Source: Bacillales bacterium UBA4951 (GTDB lineage: Bacteria; Bacillota_I; Bacilli_A; RFN20; CAG-826). Taken from it: a DNA stretch of 64,000 nucleotides. The stretch is taken from assembly GCA_002397465.1 (NCBI GenBank), contig DHAP01000002.1, forward strand, positions 1,509 to 65,508, in the 5' to 3' direction. Both the position numbers and the translations under genes were made by a program. Under the pieces are notes generated by a model. That model was not told where the DNA came from, ran no database searches, and saw only the letters and a program-made list of their open reading frames with translations. This document shows, piece after piece, positions 43,913-51,526 of this stretch (its first letter is position 1; the number at the start of each line of letters is the position of its first letter).

Positions 43913-46816
43913 ATGAATCTATCATCGATCACAGCCCGCAGCGTCTCTTTCTCGCCCTTCGAGAAAGTCACTTCTTTGTTTGGCTTAACTAGCTTTTCAG
44001 ACGCCTGTTTGTATTCCTTTAAGAACGAGACATATCTTGGTTTTGTCGGCTTAACAAAGAAGGCTCCAATCATCAAGGCTTTGTTGGCCCACGAAGAAGT
44101 CCGTTCCTTTCTTGATGAAGAAGGACTAAATAAAGAAAGCGGATATTTAGATTCATCGTCGCTTCACTTTGCTGATAGAGAAGTCTCTCTTCCCGAAGCC
44201 ATAAAAAAGATCGTCAATGAAGAAGTGGATGTCATCAAAGACTATGGTGGCTATCTAGATGAAGATGGCAACGAGCATCTAAATCTATTCTCACCAGAAG
44301 TCGGGCCTCATTATGGGGTCAATCTCTTACTGGGCTGGAGAGAGGAATATAAAGAGCCTTTGCTATCGACCCCCAAAAGCGTCGTCGACCAATACGGGCG
44401 CGGCTCCTTCAGAGGTGCCGCCAACTTTCAGGTCCTCGCCACGAGATGGGACATCAGGCCAGAGGAGAATGGGAATCCCTTCAACCGGCAGTTTTACATC
44501 CTTGAAAACAATAAGCAAATCTTCTACAGCGCGAACGTAAAAGAGAACGTTTTAGAGGCTTTTTGCGTCCATTATCCCGGTAAAAGCGTCATATCCTATG
44601 TTTTGAAAGATGGTTTAAAAATCGAAAGAACGATCTTTTTGCTCGACCAAAAGGAAGGTTTGCCAGAGGCGGTCGAAGCTCAAATCGTGAAACTCGTCTC
44701 CTCAAAGAAACGGCATTTAAGAATCGTCTTCACGGGGATGTTCGGCTTCTCAAATCCTGAGTGCCAGGAGGTCGATGTCGTCTATCAGACCTTGATCCAT
44801 CAAAGCGAGGCCATCGTTGATTCGGATAATAACGTGGTGGCTCTTTCTCCTTCTTATTACCCAAGCTATTTCAAATACCAGATGAGGTTCGCGTCCATCG
44901 TATCGGGTGGAACATACATGGATTCTTTCTCCAATGACGTGAACTCCTTTTTAGGCAACGGGGACATCAACCATCCAGATGGACTTATGCGTCTAGATTC
45001 ATCCCTTCTATATAAAGGCGCCTCATTCTTCGCGATGGATAAAGACATCGATGTTGATGAATCTCCTAAATATGTCATTTCTTACGCTGGGATGGTCGAT
45101 GCGGAGAAAGAAAAAGATCCAGACGCGCTTCTTAGAAAGAAGCTCGGGGCCTTGCTCAGCCTCTATCCTGACGAAAGAAGTCTCTTATCGGAGTTAGAGA
45201 GAAAAGAGAAAGCCTTCCATGACTATTCTTCTTTCTATCAAGCTCGTAGTGGCGATGAGGGCTACATCTCCATGGTCAATCGAAATCTTGTCTATCAGAA
45301 CATGTACCAGTCTTTTGTCTCCCGTTCCTTCGCCCAAACCCAAAAAGGTTACCGTGAGATAGGTTTTAGGGAGATCCAGGATCTATATGCCTCATTCCCT
45401 TATCTCATCAATTCAGGGCACAAGGATTTAGCAAAGGACTTGCTGGCCAAATGGATCGTTAATGTCTACAAGATGGGCTATGCCAACCACAATTTCTTCT
45501 ATGTCGGCAAAGAGCCAGGGCTCTGCAGCGACGATCAGATTTGGCTTCTTAAGGGCGTTGCGACTTATATCTCTCTTTCTGAAGACATCGGCATACTTGA
45601 TGAATCCTTTGAGATGGCGGATGGCTCATCTAGAAAGCTGATAGACACCATCGATGCCATCATCACTTATTCAGGAATGATATCAATAGGGGAACACGAC
45701 CTTCCTTTACTAGACTCCGCGGACTGGAATGACTGCCTTAAGATCGATGACGACCATCTACTGGGACCCGTTAAAGAAAAGGCTTATCTAAGACAGCTAA
45801 AAAGAAGCGGCGCCCCTTATGGGAGCAGGTTCATAAGCGAGCAAAGCGAATCAGTCATGAATGCCTTCTTACTCATTGAGGGGATGGACGAGATCCGTCC
45901 TTTCATCACGAAGGGCAAGTCGCTTCTAAAGAAGATAGACGACATCGAAAAGAGGATGAAAGCCTCACTCCATAAAAACGCCTTCATCAATGGTTATTAC
46001 GCAAGAGTGTTGATCAATAGGAAACACCCAAAGAACGGCATAACTTATGTCGGGGCTCCTGGAGATGGCTTATCAAACAACAAAGAACTAGATAACGGTT
46101 CACTATATCTGAATTCCTTGTCATGGGCTTTATTAAGCGGAGTCAGCAATGAAGAAGAGACTAGAAGCATGCTTTGCCTTGCCAAGAAATACCTTAAGAC
46201 CTCATCGGGATATAAGCTTTGCACGGATGAGGACCTCACTTTGACGGGGGCCAAGCAAGCGGCCACTTCGCATTATTATCCAGGGGACCGTGAGAATGGC
46301 GGAGTCTTCAAACACGCGGACATGATGTTCGTCTCAGCATTACTGAAAGGAAGCAAGTCATCATTTAAGGACGAGATAAAAGGCGAGATGCTGGATGAGG
46401 CATATTTCACGATGGACATCGTCTATCCGTATCACGTCCTGCGCGATCCTTATATATATAAAGGCAACCCCCGTTTCTGCACCCAATACAACAATCCTTT
46501 GAATAAAGAGAACATCGGGCCGATGCTTTCAGGGACGGCGACCTGGACTCTTCTATCGATATTGTCCTCGAGCGGGGTGAGCTTTGCTAATGGTGGGCTT
46601 TCCTTCAAGCCGCGTCTATCTCTAGACGAGAAAGAAAGACGCTTCAGCCTTCATTTGCTTGACGCCACCTATGATGTCAGCGTTTTTAAGGAGCAGGGGC
46701 GATACGCCTACGAGATCGCTTCGATGAATGTCGACGGAATGGAAATAGAACCATCGTCCGTGGTTAAGATAACTCGTGATGGAGCCTCGCATAAGATAAG
46801 CATCAAAATGCGATAG
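43913..46816 (+). CDS. GH94-like glycan phosphorylase, large form (possible beta-1,2-oligoglucan/sophorose-type)
   Basis: About 967 aa. The catalytic-region block LLDSADWNDCLKID parallels GRADWNDCLN of the GH94 enzyme at 36127-38547. An (alpha/alpha)6-like C-terminal part is present. The start is ambiguous (43907 or 43913). Confidence 0.75.
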   Translation: MNLSSITARSVSFSPFEKVTSLFGLTSFSDACLYSFKNETYLGFVGLTKKAPIIKALLAHEEVRSFLDEEGLNKESGYLDSSSLHFADREVSLPEAIKKIVNEEVDVIKDYGGYLDEDGNEHLNLFSPEVGPHYGVNLLLGWREEYKEPLLSTPKSVVDQYGRGSFRGAANFQVLATRWDIRPEENGNPFNRQFYILENNKQIFYSANVKENVLEAFCVHYPGKSVISYVLKDGLKIERTIFLLDQKEGLPEAVEAQIVKLVSSKKRHLRIVFTGMFGFSNPECQEVDVVYQTLIHQSEAIVDSDNNVVALSPSYYPSYFKYQMRFASIVSGGTYMDSFSNDVNSFLGNGDINHPDGLMRLDSSLLYKGASFFAMDKDIDVDESPKYVISYAGMVDAEKEKDPDALLRKKLGALLSLYPDERSLLSELERKEKAFHDYSSFYQARSGDEGYISMVNRNLVYQNMYQSFVSRSFAQTQKGYREIGFREIQDLYASFPYLINSGHKDLAKDLLAKWIVNVYKMGYANHNFFYVGKEPGLCSDDQIWLLKGVATYISLSEDIGILDESFEMADGSSRKLIDTIDAIITYSGMISIGEHDLPLLDSADWNDCLKIDDDHLLGPVKEKAYLRQLKRSGAPYGSRFISEQSESVMNAFLLIEGMDEIRPFITKGKSLLKKIDDIEKRMKASLHKNAFINGYYARVLINRKHPKNGITYVGAPGDGLSNNKELDNGSLYLNSLSWALLSGVSNEEETRSMLCLAKKYLKTSSGYKLCTDEDLTLTGAKQAATSHYYPGDRENGGVFKHADMMFVSALLKGSKSSFKDEIKGEMLDEAYFTMDIVYPYHVLRDPYIYKGNPRFCTQYNNPLNKENIGPMLSGTATWTLLSILSSSGVSFANGGLSFKPRLSLDEKERRFSLHLLDATYDVSVFKEQGRYAYEIASMNVDGMEIEPSSVVKITRDGASHKISIKMR

Positions 46817-46823
46817 GGGATTC

Positions 46824-46853
46824 TTGTAAAAATCCTCTTTTAGCGGGTATAAT
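46824..46853 (+). promoter_or_regulatory. candidate promoter for tRNA-Leu
   Basis: TTGTAA (46824-46829), 18 nt, then TATAAT (46848-46853). The -10 ends 10 nt before the tRNA 5' end. Confidence 0.45.
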
Positions 46854-46863
46854 CTTTACCCGT

Positions 46864-46947
46864 GGGCCCGTGGCGGAATGGCAGACGCGTTAGACTTAGG
46901 ATCTAATAGGGCAACCTGTGCAAGTTCAAGTCTTGTCGGGCCCACCA
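46864..46947 (+). tRNA. tRNA-Leu (anticodon UAG), type II with long variable arm, CCA encoded
   Basis: Manual fold. Acceptor GGGCCCG/CGGGCCC. D arm GCG...CGC. Anticodon stem TTAGA/TCTAA with loop CTTAGGA. Variable arm AGG/CCT. T arm GCAAG-TTCAAGT-CTTGT. The 3' end is ACCA. Confidence 0.9.
46895..46947. repeat. attL-type direct repeat (3' 53 nt of tRNA-Leu)
   Basis: Identical base-for-base to 56537-56589. Confidence 0.85.
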
Positions 46948-46956
46948 TAAAAATAA

Positions 46957-46983
46957 GGTTCAGAGTAATCTGATCCTTTTTTT
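46957..46983 (+). terminator. intrinsic terminator now serving the tRNA (island-borne)
   Basis: GGTTCAG...CTGATCC hairpin with one mismatch, followed by TTTTTTT. Confidence 0.6.
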
Positions 46984-47012
46984 GAAGTCGTTTTCAATGA
47001 TTTTTGAAAAGT

Positions 47013-48308
47013 TCAGACCGTGAGACATCCGACGGGGATGACATAAACTCCATCTGTGCGCCGGTAGGCCATTCCTTCGTCTGTGATAACGGCCAAAAAA
47101 CTAGGAAGGGGCAATTTTTCGTTCGGGAATTTCAAATTATGCTCTTGGTAAAGAGGTTTAAAGGCCAAAAGTCCTTTTGCCCCGTCCTCGATGAACTTTG
47201 ACCCACATTTGCATTCAAATAATGCATAGCGGCCATCAGGCAAATGGATGGTAAAATCCGCTTCTAAGCTATAGCGATCATGGTATTGCCGCAGTTCACC
47301 ACCGAGCATTTCTGCATACACGCCAAGTTCTTTGCCACAAAGACACTCAAAGAAAAATCCCCGCGATTTCGGGTCATTTTCCAAGTCCCCCGGCCCGATG
47401 CCTAAAGCGGCGCAGGCGATTGCAGGGTCAAAGAACTCTTTTTTAGAAAGGCTTCTTATCGCAGTCTTGCTGCGGATACTCGGTGAATAGGAAGGGACTT
47501 CCTTGATGACATAAAGTTTTTGGAGGCCATCGTAATAATCATAAAAAGTGGTCGCCGACAGCGAGGAATCGTTCGCATTGACATCCGCAATGATGGTCTT
47601 ATTTTCGACATAGGTGGAAATGTTTCTGGCAAAGGAACGCAAAATTGATCTTGTGGTCTCGGGAGAAAGGTCCTTTCCGGTCGCCTCTTGGATGTCACTT
47701 TCCGCGATGCTGGCCAAAGCTTGCTTTCCGAAAATGGAAGGATCGGCGTATTCTCTCGTGAATGCGGCTGGGAATCCGCCCAAAACGATTTGCTTGCTGA
47801 TGGCTTGCCGGTCCAACGGCGAGATTGCCCCAATGTTTTGCTCAGGGTTGGCAAATAGAGAAGCCAAGGAGACTTCGCAATTAGATAAATGTGATTCGGC
47901 AAAAGAAAGAGTGGACATAGTCACTTTGGCGATTCGCATGCTGCCCGTGTGAATGGTTGTTCCTTTTTTGGGGGCTCTGGAACCCGTCAAAATATAGAGG
48001 TTCCCTTTATTCTCTTTATCAATTGAAGTTTTTGCGGCATCCCAAACTTCGGGATATTTCTGCCATTCATCAACGAGATGGGGGCGTTTGCCTTCCAAGA
48101 ATAAAGCCGGATTGGTGGCGGCAATTGCCTGGTAAGAACTTTCTTTGCTTTTATCGCCGAAATAAATAGCGCTTTCGGCAAGCTGTTCAGCGGTGGTTGT
48201 CTTTCCGCACCACTTAGGGCCCCGAATGAGCACTGCCCCAAATGTTTTCAGCAAGGAAGACAGCTGTTTATCAGCAAGTCTTGGGATGTAGTTATCGATT
48301 GTTTTCAT
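47013..48308 (-). CDS. AAA-type ATP-binding protein with DUF4143-like C-terminal nuclease-fold domain
   Basis: 431 aa. Walker A GPKWCGKTT, Walker B-like HLVDEWQ, and a C-terminal block (EADFTIHLPDGRYALFECKCG) typical of AAA_14/DUF4143 proteins. Confidence 0.8.
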   Translation of the reverse strand: MKTIDNYIPRLADKQLSSLLKTFGAVLIRGPKWCGKTTTAEQLAESAIYFGDKSKESSYQAIAATNPALFLEGKRPHLVDEWQKYPEVWDAAKTSIDKENKGNLYILTGSRAPKKGTTIHTGSMRIAKVTMSTLSFAESHLSNCEVSLASLFANPEQNIGAISPLDRQAISKQIVLGGFPAAFTREYADPSIFGKQALASIAESDIQEATGKDLSPETTRSILRSFARNISTYVENKTIIADVNANDSSLSATTFYDYYDGLQKLYVIKEVPSYSPSIRSKTAIRSLSKKEFFDPAIACAALGIGPGDLENDPKSRGFFFECLCGKELGVYAEMLGGELRQYHDRYSLEADFTIHLPDGRYALFECKCGSKFIEDGAKGLLAFKPLYQEHNLKFPNEKLPLPSFLAVITDEGMAYRRTDGVYVIPVGCLTV

Positions 48309-48330
48309 GATTAAATTATCATCTTTTTAA

Positions 48331-48756
48331 TTGTTTCGTTCAATAGTAAACGAATATATTTGCGGTATTTCGGCGAATATATTTGCTGTATTCGGACGAA
48401 GATATTTGCGCTGCCTCCCGCAGGTGGTGAAACGGATCGTGCTTGACGGGACCCATTTCCTTTCATTCCAATCGGGACCGGCTGAGCGCTATGTGACGCT
48501 CTTCCGCTTCGAGAGCAAGGACCTCTATGAGAGCGCCAAACTTTTCCGTCAGGACAAAGAGGACCGTGAGATTGAAGGGGATGGCGTGGTCGGCAAGGAG
48601 TGGCTCATCGATGTCAGGGATGCCATCAAAACAGAGACGTCAAAACTGGGAAAGCATCCTTCGGAGGACGAGGCCGGCGCAGCCATCGAATCCGTTTTCA
48701 AGAAGCTCACCCCAGGCGTAGACAAAGTTCGAACCGATCCCCGGGGGAAGCCATAG
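48331..48756 (+). CDS. hypothetical ORF; the real start and coding status are uncertain
   Basis: 141-aa ORF. Its N-terminus runs through the iterons. The GC-richer C-terminal 100 aa look protein-like, but I recognise no motif. Confidence 0.25.
   Translation: MFRSIVNEYICGISANIFAVFGRRYLRCLPQVVKRIVLDGTHFLSFQSGPAERYVTLFRFESKDLYESAKLFRQDKEDREIEGDGVVGKEWLIDVRDAIKTETSKLGKHPSEDEAGAAIESVFKKLTPGVDKVRTDPRGKP
48351..48419. repeat. three tandem 23-bp iteron-like repeats
   Basis: CGAATATATTTGCGGTATTTCGG / CGAATATATTTGCTGTATTCGGA / CGAAGATATTTGCGCTGCCTCCC. They are head-to-tail and begin 43 nt upstream of the ATPase start codon. Confidence 0.6.
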
Positions 48757-48848
48757 ACCGCTGAACAATCTTTGGGCCGTTTCTCCTAGAAAATAGGCGG
48801 ATTCGAATCGCCCGAACGCCAACCGCGATCGGATGGTTGGATTAATCC

Positions 48849-49100
48849 GCGGACGGGCGGTGATGCGGACGAAGAAAAAGTTTAGGAAGCGTCGGTGTTT
48901 TGACGCTTGTAACCCTGTTCCTTTCCTTGATAAAATGCTTATGGGAACGGAGGCCGCTCCCAGACGAACCGGCCCACGTTTCTCCGAAGCCCGCAAAAGG
49001 GCATTCGGCCCCTTAGACTTAGCGGTCCGCGTTTCGTCCGCATTCCGTCCGCACCCTGGCTTCCGCCAAAGGGAACGGAAGGGTACGCCCTGCTGCGGAC
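48849..49100. repeat. cluster of six GTCCGC/GCGGAC hexamers with nested hairpin (arm-type site candidate)
   Basis: GCGGAC at 48849, 48865 and 49095. GTCCGC at 49025, 49036 and 49047. The outer stem GTCCGCA/TGCGGAC (49047-49053 / 49094-49100) encloses CTTCCG/CGGAAG (49060-49065 / 49076-49081). Confidence 0.55.
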
Positions 49101-49180
49101 AAATAAGAATCCCTCGCCGATTACGAGACATTCTTCCCCAAAAGGAAATGAAAGGACACACCCTTTCAAACCGCTAAAAA

Positions 49181-49236
49181 GACTTAGGATCCTTTGGTTA
49201 ACAGCCATGCAGGTTCAAATCCTGTCAGGCGCACCA
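49181..49236 (+). other. heterologous tRNA-Leu 3'-half remnant (internal att-like site)
   Basis: GACTTAGGATC (anticodon loop) is identical to the resident tRNA-Leu. A different variable arm follows, then T arm GCAGG-TTCAAAT-CCTGT and acceptor CAGGCGC-ACCA. No 5' half is present. Confidence 0.7.
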
Positions 49237-49248
49237 AAACAAGCAAAA

Positions 49249-49276
49249 CTCCGGCTTCGACTTGCCGGAGTTTTTT
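49249..49276 (+). terminator. intrinsic terminator following the tRNA-half remnant
   Basis: CTCCGGC (49249-49255) pairs with GCCGGAG (49264-49270), followed by TTTTTT. Confidence 0.7.
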
Positions 49277-49290
49277 CATGAGACTTGGTT

Positions 49291-49544
49291 TTATAGATTC
49301 CTAACTGGCTCTGCCGTGAGAAACGTCACGGTTTTGGCTGCAATGCGCAACAGTTCCTTTTGCTCTTTCGAAAGTTTGCCCTCCGACAGCGGCGTCTCAT
49401 ACTCTCGGAAAATATACTCGGTAATTTCACTGATGTTGTCGTCGTTCAACTCGTTGATTTTCATTTCGGGGAATATTTTGCTTTCTAAAAAACGATCGAT
49501 GTCGCTAGGCAGGGGTAGTTAATGCTCAGTTTGTTTTTGACCAT
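49291..49544 (-). pseudogene. frameshifted member of a small-protein family (paralog of 49985-50233)
   Basis: MVKNKLSINYP, then a frame change at a CCCC run, then LPSDIDRFLESKIFPEMKINELNDDNISEITEYIFREYETPLSEGKLSKEQKELLRIAAKTVTFL. It aligns along its length with the 82-aa paralog. Confidence 0.5.
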
Positions 49545-49559
49545 GCTCTTTTGCTCTTT

Positions 49560-49850
49560 TTAAAAATCCCCTCTGGCACTGTTGATGGTTTTGTTGATCG
49601 AGGCTGCCATTTCGAGGTATTGGGATTCTTTTTTTGTAAGTTTTTTCGCATCAAATTTGTCCGCATAAGAAATTTCGACATTTGTGCAAAAGTCAACGAT
49701 TTCAAGATAGTTGTCTTGAGTGATTTTGGAAATACCAAGTTTCGGCATGATCTCCGTGTTTAAAAAATTCATTTGCTCTGTTGAAAAACTTAAATATTTA
49801 GCCAATTCATCGGAAATAATTTTGCCCATTGTTGCCTTTCTTCTTTCCAT
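49560..49850 (-). CDS. small protein, divergent member of the same family
   Basis: 96 aa (or 89 aa from ATG 49829, which follows a purine-rich RBS). It shares the pattern FL..(I/M).P.(M/L)....(I/L)..DN...I..(F/Y)......LSK/TKKE...L..A...I. Confidence 0.5.
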   Translation of the reverse strand: MERRKATMGKIISDELAKYLSFSTEQMNFLNTEIMPKLGISKITQDNYLEIVDFCTNVEISYADKFDAKKLTKKESQYLEMAASINKTINSARGDF

Positions 49851-49984
49851 AATTGTGTCTCTTTGATGAGCTCTCTAAAACGGTAGTGTCTAAACGTTTT
49901 CAGTATCACGACTCGTTGAGCGAATGTCCGTTACCGCATTTCTGCTAATGCACTTCGCTTTTGTAGGAAGGCGGGGGATCTTCA

Positions 49985-50233
49985 TCATTGGTAGGCTTTT
50001 GTTGATAATTCCGTGATTGCGTTGGAAGCAAGATCGAGGAGCCTCTTCGATTCCTTCGATAGATGTTTGTCTTGGCTAAGCGGATTTTCGTAATTGTCGG
50101 CGATGAACTCGATGACGCTTTCGATGTTGTCATCATCGATTTCAGTTAAAGTCATTTTTCCGGAAACGTATTGGTCCAGAAAAGAAACGACTTCTTTTGA
50201 AGGGGTGTATTTGTTGCTGAGATTGAATTTCAT
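49985..50233 (-). CDS. small protein, 82 aa, unknown family (intact paralog)
   Basis: GAGGAGG RBS. MKFNLSNKYTPSKEVVSFLDQYVSGKMTLTEIDDDNIESVIEFIADNYENPLSQDKHLSKESKRLLDLASNAITEL. Confidence 0.6.
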   Translation of the reverse strand: MKFNLSNKYTPSKEVVSFLDQYVSGKMTLTEIDDDNIESVIEFIADNYENPLSQDKHLSKESKRLLDLASNAITELSTKAYQ

Positions 50234-50484
50234 TTGCTTTTCCTCCTCAATAACTTACTTAATAGTTTAGACGAGAAATGCCAAGCGTTGGTAACAAAAT
50301 TATCTTTCGTTAGATGACAATCTCAACGCAACATAACTCTTTAATTTCGATTAATTCTGAAGTTTTTCATTTTTTGTTGCGTTGAAGTTGACCACATTTA
50401 CGCGTAATATTCGATATTATGATAATGCTTTACAGCGATTATTTGCTAATGATACAATAGAATATACCAACGGAGGTTCTTCCT

Positions 50485-51099
50485 ATGAAAAAAAGACTTG
50501 TGTCCTATATTCTTATCACTGTTTTAGCTTTTGGTGGTATGTTAGGCATTACTGCAGTTCGCAACAACGGTTTCATTAATAATGTCCACGCCGACAAAAC
50601 TGAAGGCTTATCTTCGATTGCCTTTACAATTGCTAAAGTTGGCACCTATGCTTATCAAGCAGACGGGATGCATGATACTCGCGATAATTTGAGTCCAAAC
50701 AAATCGATACTTGATGAAATGAACAACAATAACGGCTTGGTAACATCAATAAGTAATTTGCAAACTGTTTATCCTGGGAATTCATCAGGTGGTCCTGGTG
50801 CTGCATCTGACGCCTTAAAATTTGGTGGTTCTAGCGCCGTTGGAACATTGACTTTATCAACTCAACACGTAATTCACAAAGTTGTTATTAGATTTGCTAC
50901 TTGGTCTGCTACTAAGAATTCACAACTTAAAGTAAACGACGTGGCTGGTGTCGCTGTTGCAAGACAAGCTTACGATGACGAGACATTTACTTTATCGACA
51001 CCAAGTGATTCAATAACTATTGCCTCCCTATATCCATCGAGCGGAGACCGTCGGCTTTTAATCAGTCGAATCGATTTATATCATTATTGCAGTATATAA
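50485..51099 (+). CDS. secreted or membrane-anchored protein of unknown function
   Basis: 204 aa with an N-terminal signal/anchor (MKKRLVSYILITVLAFGGMLGITAV). GGAGG lies upstream of the ATG. Confidence 0.6.
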   Translation: MKKRLVSYILITVLAFGGMLGITAVRNNGFINNVHADKTEGLSSIAFTIAKVGTYAYQADGMHDTRDNLSPNKSILDEMNNNNGLVTSISNLQTVYPGNSSGGPGAASDALKFGGSSAVGTLTLSTQHVIHKVVIRFATWSATKNSQLKVNDVAGVAVARQAYDDETFTLSTPSDSITIASLYPSSGDRRLLISRIDLYHYCSI

Positions 51100-51463
51100 A
51101 CTTGCAATCAAGTGAATTTCGGTTCTGGTAAATCCGTCGTGGAATACAAAAAAAGTGTCCACGTTGTATTTAACAGAATCTGAATTAACTGGGGAGGGGC
51201 TGTTAGAACCAATTATCAAGGCTTTTTTTGTGCTTAAAACGCTAAAAATAGGCCATTTAATACTGATTTCTATGATTTTCGGTGATAGTTAATGGTTTTC
51301 AGGGCAAAAAATAGGGGGAAATATATACTATTGAAAACCTACTAGTTGAACGATTAGGGGGCGGGGTTGCACGATTGATCGATTACACGAATATTTGTAT
51401 TCTTTGACGCAACCTTTGCCAAAATTGTCTTTAATTACTCGCTAAAAAATAGCGAAAAATGAA

Positions 51464-51493
51464 CAAAAAACGACCTAAATTGGTCGTTTTTTG
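51464..51493. terminator. bidirectional intrinsic terminator
   Basis: ACGACC (51470-51475) pairs with GGTCGT (51482-51487), flanked by an A-run and a T-run. Confidence 0.5.
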
Positions 51494-51526
51494 TTAATTT
51501 TGATTATGAGTTCGATTAGCTAATGC

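Noticed and set aside
48351-48419. The tandem 23-bp repeats, considered as a possible degenerate CRISPR array.
   Set aside because: There are only three units, directly abutting with no spacers and progressively degenerate. No cas genes are in the window.
48640-49177. ORFs of 173 aa (minus) and 114 aa (plus) in the GC-rich stretch before the internal tRNA half, and the similar 169-aa ORF at 55876-56385(-).
   Set aside because: The translations are Arg/Pro/Gly-rich and lack motifs. The ORFs overlap each other on opposite strands. The same DNA carries the hexamer and hairpin architecture, so it is more plausibly non-coding.
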